A stretch of DNA of 64,000 nt from a virus, in the IMG/VR virus record IMGVR_UViG_3300009068_000023; one strand, written 5' to 3'. The position numbers and the translations under genes are program-made. Shown here one piece after another: positions 55,337 through 64,000 of the stretch. The stretch's first letter is position 1. Every line of letters begins with the position of its first letter. Below the pieces are notes generated by a model, which saw only the letters and a program-made list of their open reading frames with translations, did no database searches and was not told the DNA's origin.

Positions 55337-57265
55337 ATGTTTTCCTTTTCTTTCTACTTAAATGAAAAATATCAGGCATTAGGAACTCCAGATCCTAAGC
55401 ATTACACTCACCTGGCTGACTATGCATTTAGAGGATCATCTGCTACCGGCGCTGCTGCTAATATCTACAAGCACATGCAGCACCGTGAAGATAGCAAATC
55501 CTCTATGGAACCACAAAAGAAAACAGACGGTAAGGTATCAGTAGTTACCGCAAGAAACTCTAAGGATTCTCCATTCCATAATCCTCATCATCCAGAAAAT
55601 GCTGTGGGTGTTGCATACAAGGGTAGAATGGATGCTAAGACCGTAAAACCTGAAGAAAAGGTATCCTATTCGCACGAAGATATAAAGAAGCATTATGGTG
55701 CAGAGCATCATTTGACTCCTATGCTTTCATCGCTTCTTGACCATGCTCACAAGATTCATGGTGCGGCTCCTATTATTCAGCATGATATTCATACAACAGA
55801 GCCTAAGAAAGACATTCATTTAGCTAATGGTAAAGCTACCTGGCAACCTAATGTAGTTCGTAACTCTACATCGAATCCAGAAGAAGTAAAGAAGCTTCAT
55901 AGAGCTAAAATTGTTATCGCATCGCACACCGCTATGGATAAGAATTTTAATAACCCTCATGGACTAAAGCCTGGTAAGGATATTAAACATCATCCAGATG
56001 TTTATAATGTAGAACTAAATGCTCCTAAGGTTAGTAGCAAGAAACTTGATACACACAATAAGGCTATTGGTGCGCATTTAAAAGATAAAGAAACACGTTC
56101 ACATTTAGATACTGTTGCTAATGCATCATACAAACATCATCTAGAGCCGTTTGTTAATAGCAAGATTCGTACAGGCGAGTACGGCGGCGAAGGTCAGAAA
56201 CAATTAATGCATGGTGACTTAAAGAAGTTTGTATCTGATGCTCACGATAAAGAAATTGCTAAGGTTAAGACTGATAAAGCAAAGCAGGCTAAGACTGAAG
56301 CAAAGCATGCTGCTTTAAAAGAAATAGATGCTCATAAGAGCGCTATTAATAAGACATTTGAAGTTCATCATGCTATGACTAATGCGGTCAGAGATTATGT
56401 CCACGAGACGCATAAGGCTGATGAAAGCTCTCCTATCAAGCATGAGATTCCTGATGAGCATGGTAAGTTTAAGCCTGCTCCTCCAGAAGGCTATGTTCCT
56501 CGCGGTAAGCATCCTGCTACTTCTACAACCAAGCTTAATCCTCGTTCAGAGTTTAATAGAGCTAACTTTGCTAAGAACGCAGAGCTAAGCAAGAAGAAGC
56601 CAAGCGTTACAGAAGATACAGAACATAAAGCAGTAGTTATTCCTGCCGCACGTATGCAACCTTTCCATCGTGGCCATGAAGCGCTTATTAATGATGCCTT
56701 AAAGAAAAATCACGGTCCAGTTCATCTGTACATTACGAAGAACAAGCCTAATGATGCTGATAATCCTCTTTCATCTGAGCATCGTTCTAATCTAATTAAG
56801 CATGCATTTCATAAAGATATTGAAGCAGGTAAACTTCATGTTCATGAAGGCGGAAGCATGTTCCAGAACATGACACACTTCCATAAAAACAACCCTCATG
56901 TCACTAATGCGCATGTTGTATTAGGCAAGGGCCGTGAAGAATCGGCTAAGCAAGTTGCTGCTTATAACGGCAAGGCAGATAAGGCAGGACATGTTCCATA
57001 TCACTTTAATCACCTATCTACCAGTATTAGATCTGAAGCCGGTGGTGAGCATGACACTGTAAGAGCTACTGAGCTTAGAAATATGGCTCATAGCGATGCC
57101 TCTCACGAAGAGAAGCTTAAGTACTTTAAGGATAGAATGCATCCAGACATTCCTCATAATTTGGTTAAAAAGACTCTAAGCGATGTAGAAGCTGTTAAGC
57201 CAAAAGCTAAGAAACTAAAAGAAAGCTTGCAATCGTTCCGTAACTTTATTATTAATCTTCTATAA
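55337..57265 (+). CDS. His-rich fusion: ligase-like nucleotidyltransferase domain plus HxGH cytidylyltransferase-like domain
   Basis: KTDG...EGYV...KLNPRSEFNRANF in the N-domain; ARMQPFHRGH...NPLS...RATELR in the C-domain. Confidence 0.65.
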   Translation: MFSFSFYLNEKYQALGTPDPKHYTHLADYAFRGSSATGAAANIYKHMQHREDSKSSMEPQKKTDGKVSVVTARNSKDSPFHNPHHPENAVGVAYKGRMDAKTVKPEEKVSYSHEDIKKHYGAEHHLTPMLSSLLDHAHKIHGAAPIIQHDIHTTEPKKDIHLANGKATWQPNVVRNSTSNPEEVKKLHRAKIVIASHTAMDKNFNNPHGLKPGKDIKHHPDVYNVELNAPKVSSKKLDTHNKAIGAHLKDKETRSHLDTVANASYKHHLEPFVNSKIRTGEYGGEGQKQLMHGDLKKFVSDAHDKEIAKVKTDKAKQAKTEAKHAALKEIDAHKSAINKTFEVHHAMTNAVRDYVHETHKADESSPIKHEIPDEHGKFKPAPPEGYVPRGKHPATSTTKLNPRSEFNRANFAKNAELSKKKPSVTEDTEHKAVVIPAARMQPFHRGHEALINDALKKNHGPVHLYITKNKPNDADNPLSSEHRSNLIKHAFHKDIEAGKLHVHEGGSMFQNMTHFHKNNPHVTNAHVVLGKGREESAKQVAAYNGKADKAGHVPYHFNHLSTSIRSEAGGEHDTVRATELRNMAHSDASHEEKLKYFKDRMHPDIPHNLVKKTLSDVEAVKPKAKKLKESLQSFRNFIINLL

Positions 57266-57274
57266 AATATAAAC

Positions 57275-57514
57275 ATGAAAGCAGAATTAGATAATGACTT
57301 TGATTTTGGATTTAGTATTGTCGACGAAAATGAACTAGACATAGCTCAAACGGCTAAGTCTAGTTCAGATAAAGTTGATAAGATCTATAAAATGATCCTT
57401 CCTCTTCTTTCTAATTTGGAAAAAAATCCAGATAAAGACTACATTTACTGGCCAAATAGATTAGATAAAATTAAAGAATTTAAACAGAAAATAAAAGCCA
57501 TTTACGAAAGTTAA
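57275..57514 (+). CDS. Conserved phage hypothetical protein
   Basis: FDFGFS...LLSNLEKNPDKDYIYWPNR. Confidence 0.65.
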   Translation: MKAELDNDFDFGFSIVDENELDIAQTAKSSSDKVDKIYKMILPLLSNLEKNPDKDYIYWPNRLDKIKEFKQKIKAIYES

Positions 57515-57684
57515 TGATACTTTATTATGCAGTAGACGAATTCGGCGATAAAATGCGCCGATTTTATTCTATACGCCTGGCTAAACATTATATTAGTAAT
57601 AAGCCTGGCTGGTCTTTATTAAAAGAAGAGCTTATAATTAAGCCTGTTATTGATTGGGCTAATTTTGAGGAGGCTTTATTTTGA
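57514..57684 (+). CDS. Small hypothetical protein (56 aa)
   Basis: Overlapping TAATG start and TTGA stop tile the neighbouring genes. Confidence 0.5.
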   Translation: MILYYAVDEFGDKMRRFYSIRLAKHYISNKPGWSLLKEELIIKPVIDWANFEEALF

Positions 57685-58205
57685 AAGTCTTTATGGGCAA
57701 GTATCCTAAGAACCATACCAAAGAGCGTAAGGTAAGTATCCGTATAGACAAATGGGATACATGGGGTATGGACCATACTCTTGCACTTATTATACTTCCT
57801 ATGCTTAAGCAGGTGAAAGCTAATAAGCAAGGATCACCTAGCGACCTTCCTGAATTTCAACAAACAGACAATCAATACCCTCAAACCTGTTTTGACTTCT
57901 ATGCAGAAGGAAATGACGACGCATGGGCTGCAGGTCATAAGCATTGGGAAGAAATCATGGATAAAATGATTTGGTCATTTGAGCAAGTGCTTGACGAAGA
58001 TTGGGATGAGCAATACTGGCTAGTTAAACCTGTAATCGATTGGGATGATATGGCTAGCAAGGAAGGGTTTGACGAAAAGGGCTTGAAAGAGATTAAGTGG
58101 AAGGTTTGGGGTGAATGTGATTGGGACGGCCGTATGATGCATTCGCAGCGTATACGAGAAGGTCTTGAGCTTTTCGGTAAGTATTACCAGGACTTATGGG
58201 ATTAA
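57681..58205 (+). CDS. Conserved phage hypothetical protein
   Basis: IDKWDTWGMDHTLA...GLELFGKYYQDLWD; GAGGAG RBS. Confidence 0.65.
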   Translation: MKVFMGKYPKNHTKERKVSIRIDKWDTWGMDHTLALIILPMLKQVKANKQGSPSDLPEFQQTDNQYPQTCFDFYAEGNDDAWAAGHKHWEEIMDKMIWSFEQVLDEDWDEQYWLVKPVIDWDDMASKEGFDEKGLKEIKWKVWGECDWDGRMMHSQRIREGLELFGKYYQDLWD

Positions 58206-58206
58206 T

Positions 58207-58383
58207 ATGATAGAAAAGTCTCGATTAGATGGTATTTTATTTGCTATAATGGGCGATGCTATTCTAGTAGAGCGCTGGTGGAATACACCTAAAAAGGTAT
58301 TTGATATGCAAAAGCCAATCGATATGTTTGAAGTTGATTCTGAACGAGTAAGAGACTATATTATGAAATGTGCACGCTTTTAA
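58207..58383 (+). CDS. Small protein resembling the MbcA/ParS antitoxin C-terminal domain
   Basis: VERWWNTPKKVFDMQKPIDM pattern. Confidence 0.4.
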   Translation: MIEKSRLDGILFAIMGDAILVERWWNTPKKVFDMQKPIDMFEVDSERVRDYIMKCARF

Positions 58384-58396
58384 TAAAGGATAGACG

Positions 58397-59434
58397 ATGA
58401 GCTTTTTTAGAGACTTAGTGGAGACTATTAAAGATGAGGATACTTGTATTGCCGCTGACGGCAACGGTAGTGCTGAGTTTGGTGGTTTTATTGATACTGG
58501 CAGCTATATTCTCAACGCTGTTCTCTCTGGTAGCCTCTATGGTGGCGTACCTGATAACAAAGTTACTGCTTTTGCAGGAGAGTCCGCTACTGGTAAAACT
58601 TTCTTCGTACTTGGTGTCGTTAGAGCCTTCCTTGACAAGAACCCAGCCGGAGGAGTCGTCTACTACGACACCGAAGCAGCCGTAACGAAACAGATGATGG
58701 AAGATCGCGGTATTGATACTAACCGCGTTATTATTGCTGAGCCAGACACTATTCAGAAGTTTAAGACTCATGCACTTAAGATGATTGATGCATACGATAA
58801 GCAGCCAGAAGACAAGCGTCCTCCTATGATGTTTGTGCTTGATTCATTAGGTCTGCTATCTACCTCTAAGGAAATGGAAGATAGTCTGGAAGGTAAAGAT
58901 ACTCGCGATATGACTAAGTCGCAGGTTATTAAAGCAGCCTTCCGCGTTCTTACATTGAAGCTTGCTAAAGTTCGTATCCCAATGCTAGTCACCAACCACG
59001 TCTATGAAATGGTTGGCTCTTATGTTCCTACAAAGGAGGTATCAGGTGGTTCAGGGCTCAAATATGCTGCCAGCACTATTGCAATGCTCAGCAAAAAGAA
59101 AGAAAAAGACGGAGACGCAATTATTGGAAACATCATTAAAGTCAAGATGTATAAGTCCCGTCTATCAAAAGAACACGGAATCGCAGAAGTGTTACTTACT
59201 TACGACAAGGGCCTTGACCGCTACTACGGTCTCCTAGACTTGGCTGAGAAGTATGAAATCATTAAAAAGTCATCTACCCGCTATGAATTACCAGACGGTC
59301 GTAAAGTATTTGGCAAAGAGATTAATCGTAATCCTGCTGAGTATTTTACTGCTGAGATTATGGAACAGCTTGAAGAAGTAGCTAAGAAAGAGTTTAGTTA
59401 TGGATCAAACACAATAACAGAAACTGATGATTGA
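58397..59434 (+). CDS. uvsX: RecA-like recombinase
   Basis: AGESATGKT, YYDTE, DSLG, NHVY, SGGSG. Confidence 0.95.
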   Translation: MSFFRDLVETIKDEDTCIAADGNGSAEFGGFIDTGSYILNAVLSGSLYGGVPDNKVTAFAGESATGKTFFVLGVVRAFLDKNPAGGVVYYDTEAAVTKQMMEDRGIDTNRVIIAEPDTIQKFKTHALKMIDAYDKQPEDKRPPMMFVLDSLGLLSTSKEMEDSLEGKDTRDMTKSQVIKAAFRVLTLKLAKVRIPMLVTNHVYEMVGSYVPTKEVSGGSGLKYAASTIAMLSKKKEKDGDAIIGNIIKVKMYKSRLSKEHGIAEVLLTYDKGLDRYYGLLDLAEKYEIIKKSSTRYELPDGRKVFGKEINRNPAEYFTAEIMEQLEEVAKKEFSYGSNTITETDD

Positions 59435-60812
59435 AAATACAATCTTTAATAACTTAGTCTTTAATGAAGAGTTTGCAAGAAAAACTCTTCCTTTTTTAAA
59501 GGCAGACTATTTTCAGAATAAGCTTGATAAGGTTCTGTTTAAACTAATAGATGAATATGTAACGAAGTATAATAGTATTCCTACTAAAGCAGCGCTGATT
59601 GTAGAGTTGGATAGTGTCTCAGGTACTAATGATGATGAGCATAAAATGCTCGTTGATAAAGTAAATGAGATTAAGGATGAGCAAGCAGATGTTAAATGGC
59701 TTGTAGATCAAACTGAGAAGTATTGTCAGGACAGAGCCATTTACAATGCTATTATGAGCTCTATTCAGATTATCAATGGCAATTCGCAAGATGGTAAAGG
59801 TAAGATACCAACTCTACTCTCTGATGCATTGGGTGTATCATTCGATACTCATATTGGTCATGACTTTCTAGATGACTTTGAATCACGCTTTGAGTTTTAT
59901 CATCAGAAAGAAAAGCGAGTTCCGTTCGATTTAGATTATTTTAATACTATTACTAAAGGCGGTCTACCTCTTAAGACACTTAACGTTGCTCTTGCAGGTA
60001 CCGGTGTAGGTAAATCTCTCTTTATGTGTCATTGTGCTGCTGCTAATTTAATGAGCGGTAAGAACGTTCTATACATTACTATGGAAATGGCAGAAGAGAA
60101 GATTGCCGAGCGTATTGATGCAAATCTATTGAATGAGCCAATGGATATGCTATCTATGCTGCCTAAAGAGGCATACGATAAGAAGATTGAACGCATTAAG
60201 AATAAGACGCTAGGCAAGTTAATCATTAAGGAATATCCTACTGCGTCTGCAGGAGCTGCTCATTTTAGGCATCTTCTAGGCGAATTGAAGTTGAAAAGAA
60301 ATTTTGTTCCTGATATAATCTATGTGGATTACTTAAACATCTGCATGTCTTCGAGGCTAAAGTATGGTTCAAATGTCAATTCATACACGTATATCAAATC
60401 TATTGCAGAAGAGATTAGAGGGCTCGCGGTTGAATTTAATGTACCAATCGTATCTGCAACTCAAACTACGCGTTCAGGTTATACTAATACTGATCTCGGC
60501 CTCGAAGACACTAGCGAATCGTTTGGGTTGCCCGCGACTGCGGATTTTATGTTTGCTCTTATCACGTCAGAGGAACTGGAAGACCTTGGACAAATATTGG
60601 TCAAACAATTAAAGAATCGATATAACGATCCTAGCCATCATAGAAAGTTTGTAGTAGGTGTAGATAGATCTAAGATGAGGCTCTATAATGTAGAGCAGTC
60701 AGCACAAGACGATATTATAGATGATACTCCGTTGTTCGATCGTTCATCGTCTGGCGAACGTATCAAGCAAGAACGTAAATTTGATAAAACGGTCTTCGAC
60801 GAATTCAAATGA
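59427..60812 (+). CDS. gp41: Replicative helicase
   Basis: AGTGVGKS, IIKEYPT, DYLNI, ATQTTR, SESFGLP, LKNRY. Confidence 0.96.
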   Translation: MIENTIFNNLVFNEEFARKTLPFLKADYFQNKLDKVLFKLIDEYVTKYNSIPTKAALIVELDSVSGTNDDEHKMLVDKVNEIKDEQADVKWLVDQTEKYCQDRAIYNAIMSSIQIINGNSQDGKGKIPTLLSDALGVSFDTHIGHDFLDDFESRFEFYHQKEKRVPFDLDYFNTITKGGLPLKTLNVALAGTGVGKSLFMCHCAAANLMSGKNVLYITMEMAEEKIAERIDANLLNEPMDMLSMLPKEAYDKKIERIKNKTLGKLIIKEYPTASAGAAHFRHLLGELKLKRNFVPDIIYVDYLNICMSSRLKYGSNVNSYTYIKSIAEEIRGLAVEFNVPIVSATQTTRSGYTNTDLGLEDTSESFGLPATADFMFALITSEELEDLGQILVKQLKNRYNDPSHHRKFVVGVDRSKMRLYNVEQSAQDDIIDDTPLFDRSSSGERIKQERKFDKTVFDEFK

Positions 60813-61234
60813 TTAATATTAGTGTTAGAAAGACTTCTAAAGAACAAGAAGAGGTTCTAATAAATGCTGCCACCTTTTATCTTGATAAACTTAACGTAAG
60901 AAAGAGAACCATACCTCTAGACATAGAAATAACTCTATGTAAATTGGATGCTGATGGATATTGCGATTTTAACTATGATCATAAATATCCAGAGATAGCT
61001 ATACATTTAAACAAGCGATTATCTGAAAAGGATATGCTTGTTGCTCTTGCTCATGAATTAGTTCATTCTAGGCAATATCTGAGAAAAGAACTAATTAGTA
61101 AGGATAGAGTTTTTCTATGGAAAGGAAAAACTTCTAAGAGTTATGAGTGGGAAGATGAAGCATACGATTTAGAAAGTCAGCTCTATGAAAGGTATGAAAA
61201 TGAGTGCAAATACAAACATTGGCACAAGTTCTAG
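60809..61234 (+). CDS. HEXXH metallopeptidase-like protein
   Basis: LAHELVHSRQY...WEDEAY. Confidence 0.7.
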   Translation: MINISVRKTSKEQEEVLINAATFYLDKLNVRKRTIPLDIEITLCKLDADGYCDFNYDHKYPEIAIHLNKRLSEKDMLVALAHELVHSRQYLRKELISKDRVFLWKGKTSKSYEWEDEAYDLESQLYERYENECKYKHWHKF

Positions 61235-61436
61235 TAAGAGAAAGAAGTATACTCGCTATGCATCTTTAGAAGCTGTTGAATTTGGTAATTGGCTAATAAA
61301 GGCTAGCAGTGCTGACGCTGGAGGTATTTTAGTTATTATGTACAATACCAAAACATATCAAGCCTGTACTAAGTATTTTAGTGATGAATATCAGGCTAAT
61401 ATCTTTATTACGTATGCGATGGAGAAGTATCAGTAG
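61200..61436 (+). CDS. Hypothetical protein
   Basis: 78-aa ORF ending the + strand run. Confidence 0.5.
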   Translation: MSANTNIGTSSSKRKKYTRYASLEAVEFGNWLIKASSADAGGILVIMYNTKTYQACTKYFSDEYQANIFITYAMEKYQ

Positions 61437-62178
61437 TTTCTAGCTTCTTAGTCCAGTAAACTATATCCCAGGTACCGTCCATTTTCTCAACGAGAGCAGA
61501 ACAGCTTTCAACCCAATCACCGCAGTTCATATAGTATAGACCGCTTATCTCTTTGATCTCCGGGGTGTGAATATGTCCACATATAACGCCCTGGAACTCT
61601 CTCTTCTTAGCATAATGAGTGATATTGCCTTCAAACTTAAATATAAAGTCGACGGCCTTTTTTACTTTATGCTTAAGGAACTTTGATAGGCTCCAATAAT
61701 CAAAACCAAACTTATATCTAACCCAGTTATATACTGAGTTAACCCATAGTAAAGAATCGTATGCTTTATCGCCTAAGAAGCTAAGCCATGGAGCTAGTCG
61801 AGTAATTCCATCGAACATATCTCCATGTACAACGAGATACTTCTCGCCTAGAATACCTCTATACTCAGCGTGATTAACAACGCTAATGTTACCTAAAGTA
61901 AATAGACCAACATAGGGTCTAAGAAACTCATCATGATTACCCGTCACATAGGTAATCTTTACGCCCTTCCGGCTAAGTTTGAATATCTTGCTTACTAGAT
62001 GGGAATGAGACTTCTTCCAGTGCCATTTCTGTTGCTTAACTCGCCACCCATCTATAATATCTCCAACTAGAAATAGCTCTTCACACTCATTATGCTTAAG
62101 AAAATCTGTAAGCAATTCAGCTTTGCTTTCTTTAGTTCCCAGATGTATATCTGATACGAATATAGTCTTGTACTTCAT
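61408..62178 (-). CDS. LpxH-like metallophosphoesterase (UDP-2,3-diacylglucosamine hydrolase family)
   Basis: SDIHLG, GDIIDGW, GNHD, HGD, CGHIH, NCGDWVES. Confidence 0.85.
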   Translation of the reverse strand: MKYKTIFVSDIHLGTKESKAELLTDFLKHNECEELFLVGDIIDGWRVKQQKWHWKKSHSHLVSKIFKLSRKGVKITYVTGNHDEFLRPYVGLFTLGNISVVNHAEYRGILGEKYLVVHGDMFDGITRLAPWLSFLGDKAYDSLLWVNSVYNWVRYKFGFDYWSLSKFLKHKVKKAVDFIFKFEGNITHYAKKREFQGVICGHIHTPEIKEISGLYYMNCGDWVESCSALVEKMDGTWDIVYWTKKLETTDTSPSHT

Positions 62179-62441
62179 TTCTTATCGCATGCCTCTTTCT
62201 TTTCCTTCTCACACTTATCTACCATTATAATAACGGTATTGACTTTAGTATTTAATCTAATAAGATCGTTATCTAGAGTTCTGATTCTATCAATAAGTGC
62301 TATAAGAATATTATTAGTCTCGCTAATAATAGGTTTAACTTCTGTAGTAGTCCATCTATAGAGATAGAATATCAAGTAGCCCATACAGCCTGCTGTTACA
62401 ACAGGAAAGCCAAATTTTTCTATTAAATGTACTATTTCCAT
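62175..62441 (-). CDS. Single-TM coiled-coil membrane protein (holin-like)
   Basis: FGFP + TM + LIDRIRTLDNDLIRL. Confidence 0.6.
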   Translation of the reverse strand: MEIVHLIEKFGFPVVTAGCMGYLIFYLYRWTTTEVKPIISETNNILIALIDRIRTLDNDLIRLNTKVNTVIIMVDKCEKEKKEACDKK

Positions 62442-62719
62442 TAGTCTTTTCTTAATTCATCAGTGTTATTAAGTCTAGAAATTCTCTCTACATCAGGAGG
62501 AAGATCTAAAGCAGTTGAAATTAGGATATCAATTTTAAGTAAATCGTTATCCATTGTCTTAATTCTTTTATCTAATGATAGAATTATACTTTGAATACTC
62601 TTGATGTTACTAATGACACCAGCTAAAATAAATTTCAGTGTCAAGTACACAAAATACCCTGCGCAAAGTGCTGCTGCCATTGGAAACCCAAGCTCTGCTA
62701 GAAGCTTATAGAAGTCCAT
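62441..62719 (-). CDS. Single-TM coiled-coil membrane protein, paralogue of 62175-62441
   Basis: AGGAG RBS, ATG at 62719; LGFP + TM + LDKRIKTMDNDLLKI. Confidence 0.6.
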   Translation of the reverse strand: MDFYKLLAELGFPMAAALCAGYFVYLTLKFILAGVISNIKSIQSIILSLDKRIKTMDNDLLKIDILISTALDLPPDVERISRLNNTDELRKD

Positions 62720-62741
62720 GGTTTCTCCTTTGAGAATCAAT

Positions 62742-62749
62742 TATTTATC
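62742..62749 (-). promoter_or_regulatory. Late-promoter variant (GATAAATA) for the minus-strand operon
   Basis: Reverse complement of TATTTATC, ~22 nt upstream of ATG 62719. Confidence 0.55.
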
Positions 62750-62755
62750 AGCCTG

Positions 62756-62784
62756 TTGCCTTTCTTTCCGAATACTCGTACAAT
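62756..62784 (+). promoter_or_regulatory. Sigma70-type early promoter
   Basis: TTGCCT-N17-TACAAT. Confidence 0.7.
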
Positions 62785-62821
62785 GATGATGTTGGGTAAG
62801 CAATCACATACAGGAGCACAC

Positions 62822-63328
62822 ATGAACAACTTTACAGATATCAAAGTAGACGAAAACGTCTTTACTACAGTCCAGATCAATACCTATATGAAGGGCAACC
62901 TAGGAATCTTCCGAAAGGTTGTTGCTGCAGCAAAGAAGGCTATCGAAGCACCGTTGCGTGATAAGCTGACTGAAGCAGGCAACGATGTGCGTATCGTTTA
63001 TTATCTCAAGAACCTTAAGACGCGTCGCACTCACGGCAAATGCATCCGAAGTGCTAACGGCAAAGTGATTACAGTTCTGCTTAACGCAAAGGTATTGCCT
63101 GGGTTCAAGGACATGGCCGAGACGCTGGGTCATGAGATGGTTCACGTCGAGCAGTATATGACCGGGCGTATGACAAACGATGGTTATCATCGAGTATGGG
63201 AAGGTCAGAAGCACGATGGGCGCGGTACTACCTATGAGAGCTATCGCAATCTGCCTTGGGAGAAAGAGGCGTTCGATCGCCAGGCCGAGGAAGCATCCAA
63301 GATCCTCAACGCGTACCACAAGGGTTGA
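62822..63328 (+). CDS. Early HEXXH (SprT-like) metallopeptidase-like protein
   Basis: AGGAG RBS, ATG 62822; LGHEMVHVEQY...PWEKEAF. Confidence 0.7.
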   Translation: MNNFTDIKVDENVFTTVQINTYMKGNLGIFRKVVAAAKKAIEAPLRDKLTEAGNDVRIVYYLKNLKTRRTHGKCIRSANGKVITVLLNAKVLPGFKDMAETLGHEMVHVEQYMTGRMTNDGYHRVWEGQKHDGRGTTYESYRNLPWEKEAFDRQAEEASKILNAYHKG

Positions 63329-63353
63329 CTTTATTTCCGCGTGACGCTATCAT
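63325..63353 (+). promoter_or_regulatory. Sigma70-type early promoter
   Basis: TTGACT-N17-TATCAT. Confidence 0.75.
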
Positions 63354-63395
63354 GTATTGGTCGTTAGGGAAAAACACACAACACAAGGAGAAAGT

Positions 63396-64000
63396 ATGAT
63401 TACAGTAACTCAAGTCGGCGATAAGTTCGTCGGTTCGATCGATGGCGTCGAAGTTGTTCGTTCGGTGAACGCTTCGTACGTTAACAAGAAGGTTCGTGAG
63501 ATGAGCTCTGCGAACTTTATTCCGCAGCCGGCTTCTGCTCCGGTTGCTCAGTTCGGTATCAATGAACGCTTTGACTTTACTTCGGACCTCGTAACGATGG
63601 TTGCGAAGGGTCAGACTGCATCGGCTGTTATTACTGGCGAAGGCAGTCTGGGCAAGTCGTTTACGGTTACTGCTGCTCTGAAAGCTGCTGGTCTGCAAGA
63701 CTTCAGCGAGAAGGAGCCTGGTGATACTGCTGCACCGCGTACGACCTATCGTGTCGTCAAGGGCTTCTCGACTGCTAAAGGCTTGTATCGCGTTCTGTAT
63801 GAGAACCGTAACTCGATTATTGTTTTCGATGATTGCGATAGCATTCTGAAAGACGCTGATGCGCTTAACCTGCTCAAGGGTGCTCTTGATTCGTATGATC
63901 GTCGTATTATCTCGTGGAATACTTCGCGTATTGACGATCTTCCGCGTTTCTTTCAGTTCAAGGGCGGTGTCGTATTCATCTCGAATATGCCGCAATCGAA
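63396..64000 (+). CDS. P-loop/AAA ATPase, 3'-truncated (absent from the ORF track)
   Basis: AAGGAG RBS, ATG 63396; translates MITVTQVGDKF...GEGSLGKS (Walker A)...IIVFDDCD (Walker B)...FISN, open to the window end. Confidence 0.85.
   Translation, partial: MITVTQVGDKFVGSIDGVEVVRSVNASYVNKKVREMSSANFIPQPASAPVAQFGINERFDFTSDLVTMVAKGQTASAVITGEGSLGKSFTVTAALKAAGLQDFSEKEPGDTAAPRTTYRVVKGFSTAKGLYRVLYENRNSIIVFDDCDSILKDADALNLLKGALDSYDRRIISWNTSRIDDLPRFFQFKGGVVFISNMPQS

Noticed and set aside
63306-63995. 229-aa minus-strand ORF in the track
   Set aside because: It is the shadow of the + strand ATPase, which has a promoter, an RBS and Walker A/B motifs.

Overview
This is a 64-kb slice of a large, AT-rich T4-like (myovirus) phage genome, almost all on the + strand, using the standard genetic code. 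From left to right it carries accessory tail/fibre genes (1-13.9 kb, including three tandem 7-repeat beta-propeller paralogues and a glycosyltransferase-methyltransferase fusion) and the canonical T4 gp13-gp23/gp3 morphogenesis block. Next come uvsY/uvsW/gp55/gp47/gp46, a ~9-kb 7-deazaguanine DNA-modification cluster (queE, PRTase, queD, folE, a nuclease, a DpdA/TGT-like gene, a PurN-like formyltransferase, a kinase, queF, queC, a GATase) and gp45/44/62/regA. The right end holds a 12-tRNA cluster, hsp20, gp43, uvsX, gp41 and early genes. Two promoter classes are visible: T4 late TATAAATA and sigma70-type TTGACT-N17-TATAAT. The strongest unexplained signals are: (1) a ~430-nt structured non-coding RNA directly after tRNA-Val that contains a fully paired hammerhead ribozyme with a variant core (GAUAA); (2) 21 propeller blades with constant framework and hypervariable loops showing DNA-level blade shuffling; (3) strong N-X-S/T sequon enrichment in virion proteins beside a glycosyltransferase; (4) a ROSE-like RNA thermometer on phage hsp20; (5) a His-rich, probably capsid-packaged ligase-like/HxGH nucleotidyltransferase fusion. 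Two frameshifts, one in essential gp14, suggest some sequencing error. All annotations come from motif recognition by eye; no database searches were run.
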